From contig CAVZLN010000007.1 in NCBI GenBank assembly GCA_963776245.1, positions 32,001 to 96,000 on the forward strand: a stretch of 64,000 bases of DNA, in the 5' to 3' direction. Positions within the stretch are counted from its first letter, which is position 1. The number at the start of each line of letters is the position of its first letter. The DNA is from Candidatus Eiseniibacteriota bacterium (GTDB lineage: Bacteria; Eisenbacteria; RBG-16-71-46). The position numbers were made by a program, and so were the translations under genes. Shown here piece by piece: positions 34,290 through 44,164 of the stretch. The notes beneath the pieces were generated by a model that saw only the letters and a program-made list of their open reading frames with translations, did no database searches and had not been told where the DNA came from.

Positions 34290-37091
34290 ATGCATCTGGC
34301 GCGCCTGGCGCTCCTGCTGGCTTCCATCCTCGCGATCCTCGGCGTGGCCGCGCCGCCCGCCGCCCGGGCGCAGTCGTTCGGGAAGAACAAGGTCCAGTAC
34401 GAGTCCCTCGACTGGACGGTGTTCGAGACCGCGCACGTGCGGCTCCACCACTACGCCGAGGAGGAGAGCCTCGCGCGGCGGCTCTCCGCCTATGCCGAGA
34501 GCGTGTGCGTGGAGTACGACGCGCGGTTCCGCGTCACCCCGAGGTCGCGGGTGCCGTTCCTGCTCTACTCGGCGCACAACCTGTTCCAGCAGACCAACGC
34601 GGCCGCGGGTCTCATCTCCGAGGGCACCGGCGGGCTCACCGAGCTCATCAAGGGCCGCGTGCTCATCCCGCACACCGGCTCGTGGGCGCGGCTGGCGTGG
34701 GTGACGCGCCACGAGCTGGCGCACTGGTACATGCTCGAGAAGCTCGCGCGCGTGATGAAGGACCACCACCGCGCCCAGGGCTCGCTGCCGCCGCTGTGGT
34801 TCGTCGAGGGGCTGGCGGAGTACTTCGGCACCACGTGGGACGCCGAGGCCGAGGGGCTGATGCGCGACGCGGTGCTCTCGGGCGAGGCCGTGCCGCTCGG
34901 GCGCAGCGAGTCGATCTGGGGCTCGGTCCTCATGTACAAGGAGGGCCAGTCGTTCATGCTGTGGTTCGCCGCGCGCTACGGCGAGTCGCGGCTCATCGGC
35001 CTGCTCGAGGACTGGTGGCGCGCCGACGACTTCGAGACCGTCTTCCGCATCACCCTCGGGGAGCGCTTCGCCGACGCCGACGAGCGCTGGTTCACCGACG
35101 TGCGGCGGCATTTCTACCCCGCGATCGCGACCACCGACGCGGTCGCCGACACGGCGCGCCGATGGACGCCGCACGGCCGCTACAATCTCGGCGCGCGCGT
35201 GCTGCCCGCCGCCGCGCCGGGCGACACGGCGCTGCGATTCTGCTGGTTCGCGGCCTCCGAGAGCGGGATCGACCTGCGGCTCAGCGAGCCGGGCCCGGGC
35301 GGGCGGCGTCGCGAGCACCGGCTGGTGCGCGGCTACCAGTCCCCGCGCTTCGAATCGTTCCACCTGTTCCAGAACCGGCCCGGCGCCTCGCCCGGAGGGC
35401 TCGTGGTGCTCTCCTCCAAGCGCGGCGGACGGGACTGCATCCACGTGGTCGACGCCCGCGCGCGCCGCGTCGTGCGCACCGTGGACCTGCCGTCGCTGGT
35501 GATGGTCACCGATCCGGTCTTCTGCTGCGCCGACTCCGCGGTGGTGTTCTCGGCGCAGGACCGCAGCGGACGCAGCGACCTGTATCGCCTGTGGTGGCGG
35601 TCCCCCGAGCGCCTCGAACGACTGACCGACGACGACTACGACGATCTCGAGCCGTCGGTCTCCCCGGACGGCGGCTGGGTGGCGTTCGCCTCGGACCGCG
35701 GGGCGCGCGGCGGGCGCTACTCGCTGTTCCGCCTGTCGCTCGCGGACGGCCGGGTGGAGACGCTGAGCCAGCCGCCGGCCGGCGACGATCGTCAGCCGGT
35801 GTACTCGCACGACGGCCGCTGGCTGGCGTTCCGGTCGACGCGCGGGGGCACCAGCGACCTGTGGGTGCGCCCGGCCGGACCCGCGCGCGAGGCCCGCCGG
35901 GTGACTCGGCTGCGCGGGCCGGCGACCGACCCCGACTGGCTGGCCGACGGCCGGGGGCTGCTGTTCACCGGGCAGGAGGCGCTCAGGTTCCAGGCGTACG
36001 CGGTGCGTTTCGATCCCGATTCGCTGCGCGCGGAGCCCGAGTCGCTCGCGGCGCCGGCGGTGGAGCCGCCGGTGGTGATGCACACCGGCGCCCCGCGGCG
36101 ATACCAGCGGCGCGTCGCGCTCGATCTGGTCCAGAACGCCATCGCCTACGACCCGGTGCTGGGGGGCGGGGCGGGAGTGGGGCAGCTCACGCTCAGCGAC
36201 GTGCTGGGGAACGAGCGCTGGTACCTGTTCCTCGCCAACGACTCCGAGCGCTTCGGGGACTTCTGGGACGGCTTCCAGGCGGGTGTCACGTACATCAACC
36301 AGACCCGCCGTCTCAACTACGGTGTCGGGCTGTTCCGGCTCACCGAGCAGTACGACGCCGATCTCGACATCATCCGGCGCGAGAAGCGCGTCGGCATGCT
36401 GGCGCTGGCCTCGTACCCTTTCGACAAGTTCACGCGCATCGAGGCCTCGGCCGTGGTCCGCCACGCCAGCGATCATCTGCTGCGCGACGGGCGCGTGCTG
36501 AACCCGGACCTGGTCTCCAACTTCCTCACGCTGGTGCGCGACAACGTCGGCTGGTCCTCGCTCGGTCCCTCGAGCGGGCTGCGCGCCTTTCTGTCCGCGG
36601 GATACACGCGCGATCTGAGCTCGGGGGCCGCGGACTTCGGCACCCTCATGGCCGAGGCGCGCCAGTACGTGAACCCGGCCTCCGGGCTCGTGCTGGCCGC
36701 CCGCGCGCAGGGCCTGGCGAGCCTCGGCCGCGATTCCCAGCGGTTCTACCTTGGCGGACGATCGACGCTGCGCGGCTGGGACCGGCGGGAGCTGGCGGGG
36801 CTGCAGACCCTGCTGCTCCAGCAGGAGTCGCGTTTCCCGCTGGTGCGCGGGCTGATGCTCGCCCTGCCGGTGCCATGGGAGTTCCCGGCCATCCAGGGCG
36901 CGTCCTTCGTCGACGCGGCGTGGGGGTGGGAGGGCCGCTACCGCGAGCGCCGCGGCAGCGCCGGAGTGGCGGTGTACGTCGGCGGAGCCTACTTCCCGGC
37001 GATCCGCTGGAACTTCGCCTGGACCACCACCGACTTCGTGCGCTGGACGCGGCGCCCGCGGATGCAGTTCGATTTCGGCTTCAACTACTGA
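34290..37091 (+). CDS. Outer-membrane Omp85/BamA-TamA family protein with N-terminal gluzincin-like domain and PD40/TolB-like beta-propeller
   Basis: Signal peptide, FGKNKVQY, HELAH...WFVEGLAEY, PD40 repeats (PSVSPDGGWVAFASDR, PVYSHDGRWLAFRS), FYLGG..TLRGW barrel motif, terminal FGFNY. Confidence 0.78.
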   Translation: MHLARLALLLASILAILGVAAPPAARAQSFGKNKVQYESLDWTVFETAHVRLHHYAEEESLARRLSAYAESVCVEYDARFRVTPRSRVPFLLYSAHNLFQQTNAAAGLISEGTGGLTELIKGRVLIPHTGSWARLAWVTRHELAHWYMLEKLARVMKDHHRAQGSLPPLWFVEGLAEYFGTTWDAEAEGLMRDAVLSGEAVPLGRSESIWGSVLMYKEGQSFMLWFAARYGESRLIGLLEDWWRADDFETVFRITLGERFADADERWFTDVRRHFYPAIATTDAVADTARRWTPHGRYNLGARVLPAAAPGDTALRFCWFAASESGIDLRLSEPGPGGRRREHRLVRGYQSPRFESFHLFQNRPGASPGGLVVLSSKRGGRDCIHVVDARARRVVRTVDLPSLVMVTDPVFCCADSAVVFSAQDRSGRSDLYRLWWRSPERLERLTDDDYDDLEPSVSPDGGWVAFASDRGARGGRYSLFRLSLADGRVETLSQPPAGDDRQPVYSHDGRWLAFRSTRGGTSDLWVRPAGPAREARRVTRLRGPATDPDWLADGRGLLFTGQEALRFQAYAVRFDPDSLRAEPESLAAPAVEPPVVMHTGAPRRYQRRVALDLVQNAIAYDPVLGGGAGVGQLTLSDVLGNERWYLFLANDSERFGDFWDGFQAGVTYINQTRRLNYGVGLFRLTEQYDADLDIIRREKRVGMLALASYPFDKFTRIEASAVVRHASDHLLRDGRVLNPDLVSNFLTLVRDNVGWSSLGPSSGLRAFLSAGYTRDLSSGAADFGTLMAEARQYVNPASGLVLAARAQGLASLGRDSQRFYLGGRSTLRGWDRRELAGLQTLLLQQESRFPLVRGLMLALPVPWEFPAIQGASFVDAAWGWEGRYRERRGSAGVAVYVGGAYFPAIRWNFAWTTTDFVRWTRRPRMQFDFGFNY

Positions 37092-37106
37092 GGCGCGGCT
37101 CGGTCG

Positions 37107-38360
37107 CTAGGGTCCCGAGCCGTCCAGCGCGATGCTCCAGGGCAGGGCGAGCCCGGACACGCTCTCGAGCACGGCGCCGGCGGGAGAGATGCGCACCACG
37201 CGGCCCGCCCCGCTCACCACCGCCCAGGCTTCGCCGCTGGCGAGATCCACCGCCACGGCGCGGGCGCCCGGCAGGCCGGTGACGCGGAACTGCACCGTGC
37301 CGCTGCGGTCGAGCGCCACCACCGCGCCCGCGCCCGGGTCGGCGACCCAGATCCGGCCGCGGCGGTGGTCGATGCCGATCCCGACCGGGCCGACGAACCC
37401 GCGGAGGGTGTCGAGCGGCGTCAGCGACGACGAGAGCCGCACCACCTGGCCGAGGCTGAACGAGCTCACCCATACCACGCGGGTGAGCGAGTCCATGGCG
37501 AGGCGCGACGGCAGCATCACGGCCGCGAGGCCGAGCTGCACGCCATCGGCCGAGAAGCGGCGGACCGCGTTGCCGGCCCGCTCGCACACCCATACGGAAC
37601 GGTCGGCGGGATCGACGGCGACGCCGAGCGGCTCGTCGAGCGAGCCGATCGAGGACGGGGTGGCGGGGAGTCCGTTCGGCCGGAGGTGGCGCAGCTGGGA
37701 CGCCGCTTCGTCGCACACCCAGACCGCGTGGTCCAACGGGTCCACCGCGAGGGCGCCGGGTCGCCGGAAGCCATCCACCCGCAGGGGCACCGGTGCGCCG
37801 GGAGCGACGGCGACCACGCTCCCGGTGCCGTCGTCGGTGCACCACACCACTCCCGATCCCGGGTCCACGGTGACCTCGGCGGGGGAGCCGAAGCCGGTGA
37901 CGCTCTCCGCGACGTATCGTCCGTCGGCCGTGAACCGGAGCAGCGCGCCGGCGTCGAAGTCGGTCGCCCACGCACGCGCCCGCCCGGGCGTGGCATGGTC
38001 CTCGGCGGGCAGGCCGCCCACGCCCGCGGCGAACACGTGGTAGAGCCGGTACTCGTAGAGCGTGCCGTTCGCGAGACCGAGGTCCACGAACCCTGCCGAG
38101 CCGGGGGGGAAGGTGGACCCCAGCGGCGTGAAGGCCGCCTGTCCGGCCGCGCGTCGCTGGAGCTGGAACCCCACCAGCCCGGAGGCGTTCGACGAGGCCC
38201 AGCGCAGCCGCACGAACGTGTTCTCCGCCAGCGCCATGAATCCCGCCGGACGACCGCCGGTGGAGGGATTGGCGGGGTCGAAGGGGTTCGCGTGCTCGCG
38301 TCGACTGCAGCCGGCGAGCAGCGCGAGCGCCGCGATCAGAAGCGCAGCGCGAGCGCGCAT
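37107..38360 (-). CDS. Lipoprotein with FN3-like domain and NHL/YVTN-type beta-propeller
   Basis: Lipobox LLAGC, NPFDP; VRLRW...LANGTLYEYRL (FN3-like); repeated P.xLAVDP...VWV units. Confidence 0.75.
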   Translation of the reverse strand: MRARAALLIAALALLAGCSRREHANPFDPANPSTGGRPAGFMALAENTFVRLRWASSNASGLVGFQLQRRAAGQAAFTPLGSTFPPGSAGFVDLGLANGTLYEYRLYHVFAAGVGGLPAEDHATPGRARAWATDFDAGALLRFTADGRYVAESVTGFGSPAEVTVDPGSGVVWCTDDGTGSVVAVAPGAPVPLRVDGFRRPGALAVDPLDHAVWVCDEAASQLRHLRPNGLPATPSSIGSLDEPLGVAVDPADRSVWVCERAGNAVRRFSADGVQLGLAAVMLPSRLAMDSLTRVVWVSSFSLGQVVRLSSSLTPLDTLRGFVGPVGIGIDHRRGRIWVADPGAGAVVALDRSGTVQFRVTGLPGARAVAVDLASGEAWAVVSGAGRVVRISPAGAVLESVSGLALPWSIALDGSGP

Positions 38361-38842
38361 CGCCGTGGCCCCGCGTCGAGGGCGACGCGCCCGGGCGCCG
38401 GATGCCGGATGAAGCGCATCCACAGCCCGGTCGCGACGAGCGCCTCGCCGCCGAGGAGCGCGGCGCTCGAGAGCCGGTCATAGTGGGCCGCGCGGTCGTA
38501 CAGGGCCGCGATCAGACCGGGCTCGGTGGCGCGCAGGTAGTCCCCGTAGGTCCGGTTCGCGCGCGCCTGCCACGCGAACGAGGTTCCCACCAGCCCGGCG
38601 CCCGCGGCCAGGGTGAGGTAGGCGCCGAGGTGGGAGTGGGCCGGCGCCGGGTACCGCAACGGCACGATCGGGAAGGGCGAGGGGGAGGATGGCACGTGCG
38701 CCGCGGCGCCGGCGGGGGCCGCGGGCGGCGCGAGGTGGGCCTCGAGTGCGACGGCCGCCCGCGCGGAGGCGCAGGCGGCCGGGAGGGGCATCAGATCGAG
38801 CACGAGGGCCGTGACGAGCGCGGTCGCGAGACGCGGCATCAT
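38336..38842 (-). CDS. Hypothetical exported/membrane protein
   Basis: Signal-like N-terminus, two hydrophobic segments flanking ANRTYGDYLRA, terminal LALRF; lies between rpsT and the lipoprotein gene. Confidence 0.6.
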   Translation of the reverse strand: MMPRLATALVTALVLDLMPLPAACASARAAVALEAHLAPPAAPAGAAAHVPSSPSPFPIVPLRYPAPAHSHLGAYLTLAAGAGLVGTSFAWQARANRTYGDYLRATEPGLIAALYDRAAHYDRLSSAALLGGEALVATGLWMRFIRHPAPGRVALDAGPRRCALALRF

Positions 38843-38859
38843 GCGGTCAGGCTCGGGTC

Positions 38860-39117
38860 TCAGGTCGACAGCTTGGACGCGAACTTCGCCAGGCGGGACT
38901 TCTGGCGGTTCGCGGTCTCCTTCTTGATCATGCCCTTGGCGGCGGTCCGGTCGAGGATGGTGACGGCCTTCATGTAGGCGGCCTGGGCCTCGGTCCGGGT
39001 GGTGGCCTCGCGTACGGCTTTCACGGCGGCGCGCATGCGGGAGCGGGCAGCCACGTTGCGCTGGCGAGCCTTCTCGTTGGTGAGGACGCGCTTGGCCGCG
39101 GACTTGTGATGCGGCAT
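38860..39117 (-). CDS. rpsT: 30S ribosomal protein S20
   Basis: MPHHKSAAKR...RQRN..RSRMR...LDRTAAKGMIKKETANRQKSRL; SD GGAGG. Confidence 0.95.
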   Translation of the reverse strand: MPHHKSAAKRVLTNEKARQRNVAARSRMRAAVKAVREATTRTEAQAAYMKAVTILDRTAAKGMIKKETANRQKSRLAKFASKLST

Positions 39118-39160
39118 TCATCCCTCCTTGAGGATCGTCGGATCTCGGATTAGCCCGCGG

Positions 39161-39190
39161 ACATTACGACCCGCACGGAACCCCTGTCAA
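39161..39190 (-). promoter_or_regulatory. Sigma70-type promoter for rpsT
   Basis: On the minus strand TTGACA (39190-39185), 18-nt spacer, TAATGT (39166-39161). Confidence 0.6.
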
Positions 39191-39253
39191 GAGCGCTCGG
39201 AATGCGGTTCGACCCGGGACCGACCCACCCCCGACGCGCGCTTCACATGGGCG

Positions 39254-39282
39254 TTGTCTCTGGTGCGCCGGGGATGTAGGGT
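39254..39282 (+). promoter_or_regulatory. Candidate promoter for the uvrC operon
   Basis: TTGTCT (39254-39259), 17-nt spacer, TAGGGT (39277-39282). Confidence 0.45.
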
Positions 39283-39322
39283 CTTTGCCTCGACCCTCCC
39301 TCAGTGGGCCGCTGGGGCTCCC

Positions 39323-41161
39323 ATGAGCGCAGTGAGCGAAAAAGCGAGGAATCTCCCCGCTCTTCCAGGGGTTTACCTCTGGAAGGACGCGCGCGGCCGC
39401 GTGCTCTACGTGGGCAAGGCCCGGAGCCTGCAGCAGCGCGTCCGTTCGTACCTCACCGGGGAGAGCGGCCACGCGCGCCTTGCCGAGCTCATGGCCGAGA
39501 CGGCCGACCTCGACACCATCCTCACCGACACCGAGGCCGAGGCGCTCCTGCTGGAATCCACCCTGGTGCGCCAGCACAAGCCTCCCTTCAACGTGCTGCT
39601 CAAGGACGACAAGTCGTTCCCGTACGTGAGGGTGAGCGTGCAGGAGGAGTCGCCGCGGTTGTCCGTCACCCGCCGGGTGCGCGGGGACGGCGCGCGCTAC
39701 CTCGGGCCCTACACCGACGTCAAGCACCTGCGCCGGACCCTGCGCGAACTGCGCCGCGTCTTCCCGGTGCGCACCTGCCGGGACTTCGAGGACCACCGGC
39801 GCGCCGATCGTCCGTGCCTCTACTTCCACATCCGGCGCTGCGCGGGTCCGTGCACCACGCGTTCGCCGGTGAGCGCCGCGGGGTACCGCCGCATCGTGGA
39901 CGGGCTGGTGCTGTTCCTCACCGGTCGCGACGCCGACGTGGGGCGCGCGCTGCGTGCCCAGATGGGCGAGGCCGCCGCGGCGCGGCGCTACGAGGAGGCG
40001 GCGCGCGTGCGCGATCAGCTCGGGCTGCTCGAGAAGGCGCGCGTACCGCAGAAGATGGTGAGCCCCGCGGGAGGGCGGGACACCGACGTGCTCGGAGTGG
40101 CGCGGCACGGAACGCGCGCCGCCCTCGCCGTGCTCCTGGTGCGCGATGGCCGGGTGGCGGGCAAGGAGTCGCGTCTCGTCGAGGGGGCCGACGCGCTCAG
40201 CGACGGCGCGCTGGTCGAGACCTTCATGAGCCAGCATTATCTCGGCGCGGGCGATCCGCCGCGCCGCGTGGTCGTGCACGCGCTGCCGGAGGGGGCCGAC
40301 GTGCTGGCCGAGGCGCTCACTCGCCGCGCCGGGCACCGGGTCGAGCTGGTCGCGCCGGCGCGCGGGCGGGAGCGCCGGCTGGTGCTGGTGGCGGAGCGCA
40401 ACGCGGCGCTCGCGCTCGAGGACCTCGCCGCGCGTGCCGCCGGACGTCGCTCGAGATTCTCGCCCGAGGTGCTGGCGCTGCAGCGCGCGCTCGGGCTCGC
40501 GATCCCGCCGCACCGCATGGTGTGCTTCGACGTCTCCAATCTCGGCGCCGAGCACGCGGTGGCCGCGGTGGTGGCGGCGGAGAACGGGCGCCCGCGCAGC
40601 TCGCTCTACCGGCGGATGCGCCTGCGGCGACCCGGGCCCGACGATTTCGCGATGATCGGGGAGGCGGTGGAGCGCTACTGGGCCCGGGTGGAGTCGGGCG
40701 AGCTGCCACGGCCGGACCTGGTGATGATCGATGGCGGTGTGGGGCAGGTGGGCGCGGCGCGCGCCGCGCTCGAGCGCTCCGGCGCGCGCCCGGTGCCCGT
40801 CATCGGGCTCGCCAAGCGCGAGGAGACCGTGGTGCGCGAGGGCGCGCCGCCGATCACGCTGCCGCGCCGCAGCAGCGCGCTGCGCACGCTCCAGCGCCTG
40901 CGGGACGAGGCGCATCGCTTCGGACTGACCTACCATCGCATGCTGCGGGGACGGGCGCGGCTGGCGAGCGATCTCGAGCGCGTGCCGGGCGTGGGCCCGG
41001 CCCGCCGCGCGGCGCTGCTGCGGGCGTTCGGCTCGCTGTCCGCGGTGCGCGCCGCCAGCGCCACCGAGATCGCCGCGCGGGCCGGCCTCCCGGCGACGCT
41101 CGCCACGCGCGTCGCCGCGCACCTCGCGGGCGTCGCGGGCGCGGGGGAGGCGGGCCGATGA
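39323..41161 (+). CDS. uvrC: Excinuclease ABC subunit C
   Basis: GIY-YIG PGVYLWKD..VLYVGKA, LKDDKSFPY, Cys cluster, UVR domain YEEAARVRD, RNase H-like FDVSN / MIDGG / LAKR / RDEAHRF, HhH VPGVGP. Confidence 0.93.
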   Translation: MSAVSEKARNLPALPGVYLWKDARGRVLYVGKARSLQQRVRSYLTGESGHARLAELMAETADLDTILTDTEAEALLLESTLVRQHKPPFNVLLKDDKSFPYVRVSVQEESPRLSVTRRVRGDGARYLGPYTDVKHLRRTLRELRRVFPVRTCRDFEDHRRADRPCLYFHIRRCAGPCTTRSPVSAAGYRRIVDGLVLFLTGRDADVGRALRAQMGEAAAARRYEEAARVRDQLGLLEKARVPQKMVSPAGGRDTDVLGVARHGTRAALAVLLVRDGRVAGKESRLVEGADALSDGALVETFMSQHYLGAGDPPRRVVVHALPEGADVLAEALTRRAGHRVELVAPARGRERRLVLVAERNAALALEDLAARAAGRRSRFSPEVLALQRALGLAIPPHRMVCFDVSNLGAEHAVAAVVAAENGRPRSSLYRRMRLRRPGPDDFAMIGEAVERYWARVESGELPRPDLVMIDGGVGQVGAARAALERSGARPVPVIGLAKREETVVREGAPPITLPRRSSALRTLQRLRDEAHRFGLTYHRMLRGRARLASDLERVPGVGPARRAALLRAFGSLSAVRAASATEIAARAGLPATLATRVAAHLAGVAGAGEAGR

Positions 41162-42141
41162 CGCGCACCAAGGCCCTGGACCCGCCCGCGCGCACGGTGC
41201 CCGGTCCCGCGCTGACGCGCCCGGTCGAGGCGTTCCTCGACGAGCTGCGCACCGGTCGCCGGCTCTCGGTCAACACCCTCGACGCCTACGCGCGGGACCT
41301 CGCCGACTACGCCGGCTTCGCCGCGCGCCACCGGCTGGCGGACTGGGCCGAAGCCACGCCGGTGTTCGTGGACGGGTATTTCGCGTGGCTCCACATCCGC
41401 GCCCTCGCGGCCCGCACGGTGGCGCGGCGGCGCTCGACGCTGCGCGGGTTCCACGCCCATCTCGAGCGCACCGGCGTGCGCGCCGACGATCCGCTCGCGC
41501 AGCTTCCGGCGCCGCGCCGCGAACGCCGGCTGCCCCACGTGCTGGCGGCCGAGGACCTCGAGCCGTTGCTCGCGGCCCCCGCGGGCGAGTCCCCGCTGGC
41601 GCTGCGCGACCGCGCCATGCTCGAACTGATCTACGCCAGCGGACTGCGCGTCTCGGAGCTGTGCGGGCTGACGCGGAGCGCGGTGCAGATGCGCGAGAAG
41701 AGCCTGGTCGTCACCGGCAAGCGCGACAAGACGCGCATCGCCATGTTCGGCGCCCGGGCCCAGTCGGCGCTGCAGGAGTATCTCGAGCGCGGGCGCCCGG
41801 CGCTGGTGAAGCGCTCGCGCAGCGAGATGCTGTTCGTGAACGCGCGGGGCGGGCGGTTGAGCCGCCAGGGGTTCTGGAAGATCCTGAGGGGACACGCCCG
41901 CGCCACCGGGCTGGCGGGACGGGTCCATCCTCACGCGCTGCGGCATTCGTTCGCCAGTCACCTGCTGGATCGCGGCGCGGATCTGCGCGTCGTGCAGGAG
42001 TTGCTCGGTCACGCCTCCATCGCGACGACCGAGATCTACACCCATCTGGACCGGGATCACCTCCGGGAGGTGCATGCCACCTTCCACCCCCGTGAACGCG
42101 GACCGGGCACGGGGAAGCACGTACGAAAGGAGTCTCGATGA
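41158..42141 (+). CDS. xerD: Tyrosine recombinase XerD
   Basis: LSVNTLDAYARDL, RDRAMLELIYASGLRVSEL, LSRQGFW (XerD-typical), PHALRHSFASHLL, VVQELLGH, EIYTH. Confidence 0.88.
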   Translation: MTRTKALDPPARTVPGPALTRPVEAFLDELRTGRRLSVNTLDAYARDLADYAGFAARHRLADWAEATPVFVDGYFAWLHIRALAARTVARRRSTLRGFHAHLERTGVRADDPLAQLPAPRRERRLPHVLAAEDLEPLLAAPAGESPLALRDRAMLELIYASGLRVSELCGLTRSAVQMREKSLVVTGKRDKTRIAMFGARAQSALQEYLERGRPALVKRSRSEMLFVNARGGRLSRQGFWKILRGHARATGLAGRVHPHALRHSFASHLLDRGADLRVVQELLGHASIATTEIYTHLDRDHLREVHATFHPRERGPGTGKHVRKESR

Positions 42142-42752
42142 GCCGGATGAAGGGAGCCGCTGTGGGGATCACCGCCACGGTGCTGGCGGGTCTGGTGCTG
42201 GTGGGCGCGGCGCAGGCCGCGTCGTCGATCGTCCTGCCGCGGCCGGGGCAGGTCGGGATCGGGCTGGGGGGAGGCTACGGCACCCTGCTCGACAGCGGGT
42301 CGCTCGGTGATCAGTTCGGCTCCGGCCCGGCGCTCAGCGTGCGCCTGCGCTACCGCATGCGGTACGAGCGTGCCGCCGCCCTGGCGTTCGAGGGCCGCAC
42401 GTACGACGCCCGCGTGAGCGCGCCCGCGGACAGCCTCTACGCGCGCAAGCAGCTCAAGCTCATCCTGTCGGGTCTCGAGATCTCCCAGATGTTCGGCACC
42501 CGCACGCGCACCACGAAGATGTTGACCGGCGGGTTCGGGCTCGCCCAGGCCTCGTTCCGGCTCAATGACGGCGAGACCGCCTACCCGAACGGGGAGGGCA
42601 TGTACCTGAGCGCGGGCGCCGGGATGGAGCACTTCTTCTACCGCTCGTGGGCGTTCGACCTCGGGACGCGCTACGTCGCGGTGTTCCAGGACGGCAAGAC
42701 CAATCACGACCTCCAGGCCAGTCTCGGCCTGATCTTCTACGCGAGCTATTGA
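42138..42752 (+). CDS. Small outer-membrane beta-barrel protein (OmpA/porin-like)
   Basis: Signal peptide, alternating amphipathic strands, aromatic C-terminus (IFYASY); ATGA overlap with xerD. Confidence 0.7.
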   Translation: MSRMKGAAVGITATVLAGLVLVGAAQAASSIVLPRPGQVGIGLGGGYGTLLDSGSLGDQFGSGPALSVRLRYRMRYERAAALAFEGRTYDARVSAPADSLYARKQLKLILSGLEISQMFGTRTRTTKMLTGGFGLAQASFRLNDGETAYPNGEGMYLSAGAGMEHFFYRSWAFDLGTRYVAVFQDGKTNHDLQASLGLIFYASY

Positions 42753-44164
42753 TGGCCGACACGCTCTCGATCTCGTTCGAAGGCGCCGCCCGCACGGTCA
42801 CCGGGTCGCGCCACCGCGTCCGCTTCGGCGACCGGCAGTGGCTGTTCGACTGCGGGCTCTTCCAGGGCCACCGCGACGAGGCGGACAAGATCAATCGCAC
42901 CTTCCGATTCGAGCCGGCCGAGCTCGACGCGGTGGTGCTCTCGCACGCGCACCTCGACCACACCGGCAATCTGCCGACGCTGGTCACCCGCGACTTCCGC
43001 GGGCCGATCCACGCCACCGCACCCACTTCCGACCTGTGCGGCGTCCTGCTCCCCGACAGTGCGCACCTGATGCAGCGCGATGTCGAGCACGTGAACTGGC
43101 ATGGCAAGGGCAAGGGCCGGGAGGCGCGACAGGCGCTCTACACGGCCGAGGACGTCGAGACCACGCTCGGCCTGCTGGTGGGACATCGCTACCACGAGTC
43201 CTGGGAGCTGTTCCCGGGGGTGCGGGTGGAGTACCACGACGCCGGTCACATCCTCGGGTCCGCGCTCACGACGTTCGAATTCTCGAGCGGCGGGCGGCGC
43301 CTGAGGCTCGGGATGGCCGGGGACCTCGGGCGTGCCGGGCGCCCCATCCTGCGCGATCCCGAGGTGCCTCCGGGGGTGGACGTGCTGGTGCTGGAGAGCA
43401 CCTACGGCGACCGCCTGCACACCGACGGCGCGGCGGACGAGCAGGCGCTGATCGAGATCGTGGAGCGGACCGCGAAGCGGGGAGGACGCGTCATCGTGCC
43501 GGCGTTCGCGGTCGGCCGCACGCAGGAGCTGGTCGCGACCCTGCACCGGCTGATCGAGGGGCGGCGCCTGCGCGACCTGCCGATCTTCGTCGATAGTCCG
43601 ATGGCCTCGCGGACCACCCAGGTGTTCCGCCGGCATGCCGAGTGTTTCGACGAGGAGACCCGCCGCGAGTGGGAGCAGGGGGAGGGGGGACCGCTGGCGT
43701 TCGCGCGCCTGCGCTACGTCTCGTCGGCGCAGGAGAGCATGGCGCTGAACGAATACGAACCCCCGTGCATCATCATCTCGGCTTCGGGGATGTGCGAAGG
43801 AGGGCGGGTGCTGCACCACCTCCGTCAGAGCATCGGCGACCCGCGCAACACCGTGCTGTTCGTCGGCTACCAGGCCGAAGGCACCCTCGGCCGGAGGCTG
43901 CGCGAGGGCGCCGAGCGGGTGAACATCTTTGGTGAGCCCTATCCGAGGGCGTGCGAGGTGCACGCGCTCGATTCGTTCAGCGCGCACGCCGACCAGCGCG
44001 AGCTGCTGGACTGGGTGGCGCGACTGGATCCGGCGCCGCGCGCGATCCATCTGGTGCACGGCGAGCCGGCCGCGGCGGAGGTGCTGGCGGGCCTGCTGCG
44101 CGAGCGCACCACGGCCGTGGTGCGGGTGCCCGAGCTGGGGGAGGTGGTCGACCTGTGGAGCTGA
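42752..44164 (+). CDS. Metallo-beta-lactamase / beta-CASP family ribonuclease (CPSF73/Ysh1-like bacterial type)
   Basis: GAARTVTGS, DCGLFQG, SHAHLDH, AGHILGS, ESTYG, PAFAVGRTQE, SGMCEGGR, SAHAD, LVHGE. Confidence 0.9.
   Translation: MADTLSISFEGAARTVTGSRHRVRFGDRQWLFDCGLFQGHRDEADKINRTFRFEPAELDAVVLSHAHLDHTGNLPTLVTRDFRGPIHATAPTSDLCGVLLPDSAHLMQRDVEHVNWHGKGKGREARQALYTAEDVETTLGLLVGHRYHESWELFPGVRVEYHDAGHILGSALTTFEFSSGGRRLRLGMAGDLGRAGRPILRDPEVPPGVDVLVLESTYGDRLHTDGAADEQALIEIVERTAKRGGRVIVPAFAVGRTQELVATLHRLIEGRRLRDLPIFVDSPMASRTTQVFRRHAECFDEETRREWEQGEGGPLAFARLRYVSSAQESMALNEYEPPCIIISASGMCEGGRVLHHLRQSIGDPRNTVLFVGYQAEGTLGRRLREGAERVNIFGEPYPRACEVHALDSFSAHADQRELLDWVARLDPAPRAIHLVHGEPAAAEVLAGLLRERTTAVVRVPELGEVVDLWS

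Noticed and set aside
39304..42141. Apparent 945-aa xerD fusion, and similar N-terminal extensions on purN, purH, dapF, dapB and the sigma54 regulator (56427-59864)
   Set aside because: The extensions are off-frame readings of the upstream gene; real starts overlap or closely follow the upstream stop codons
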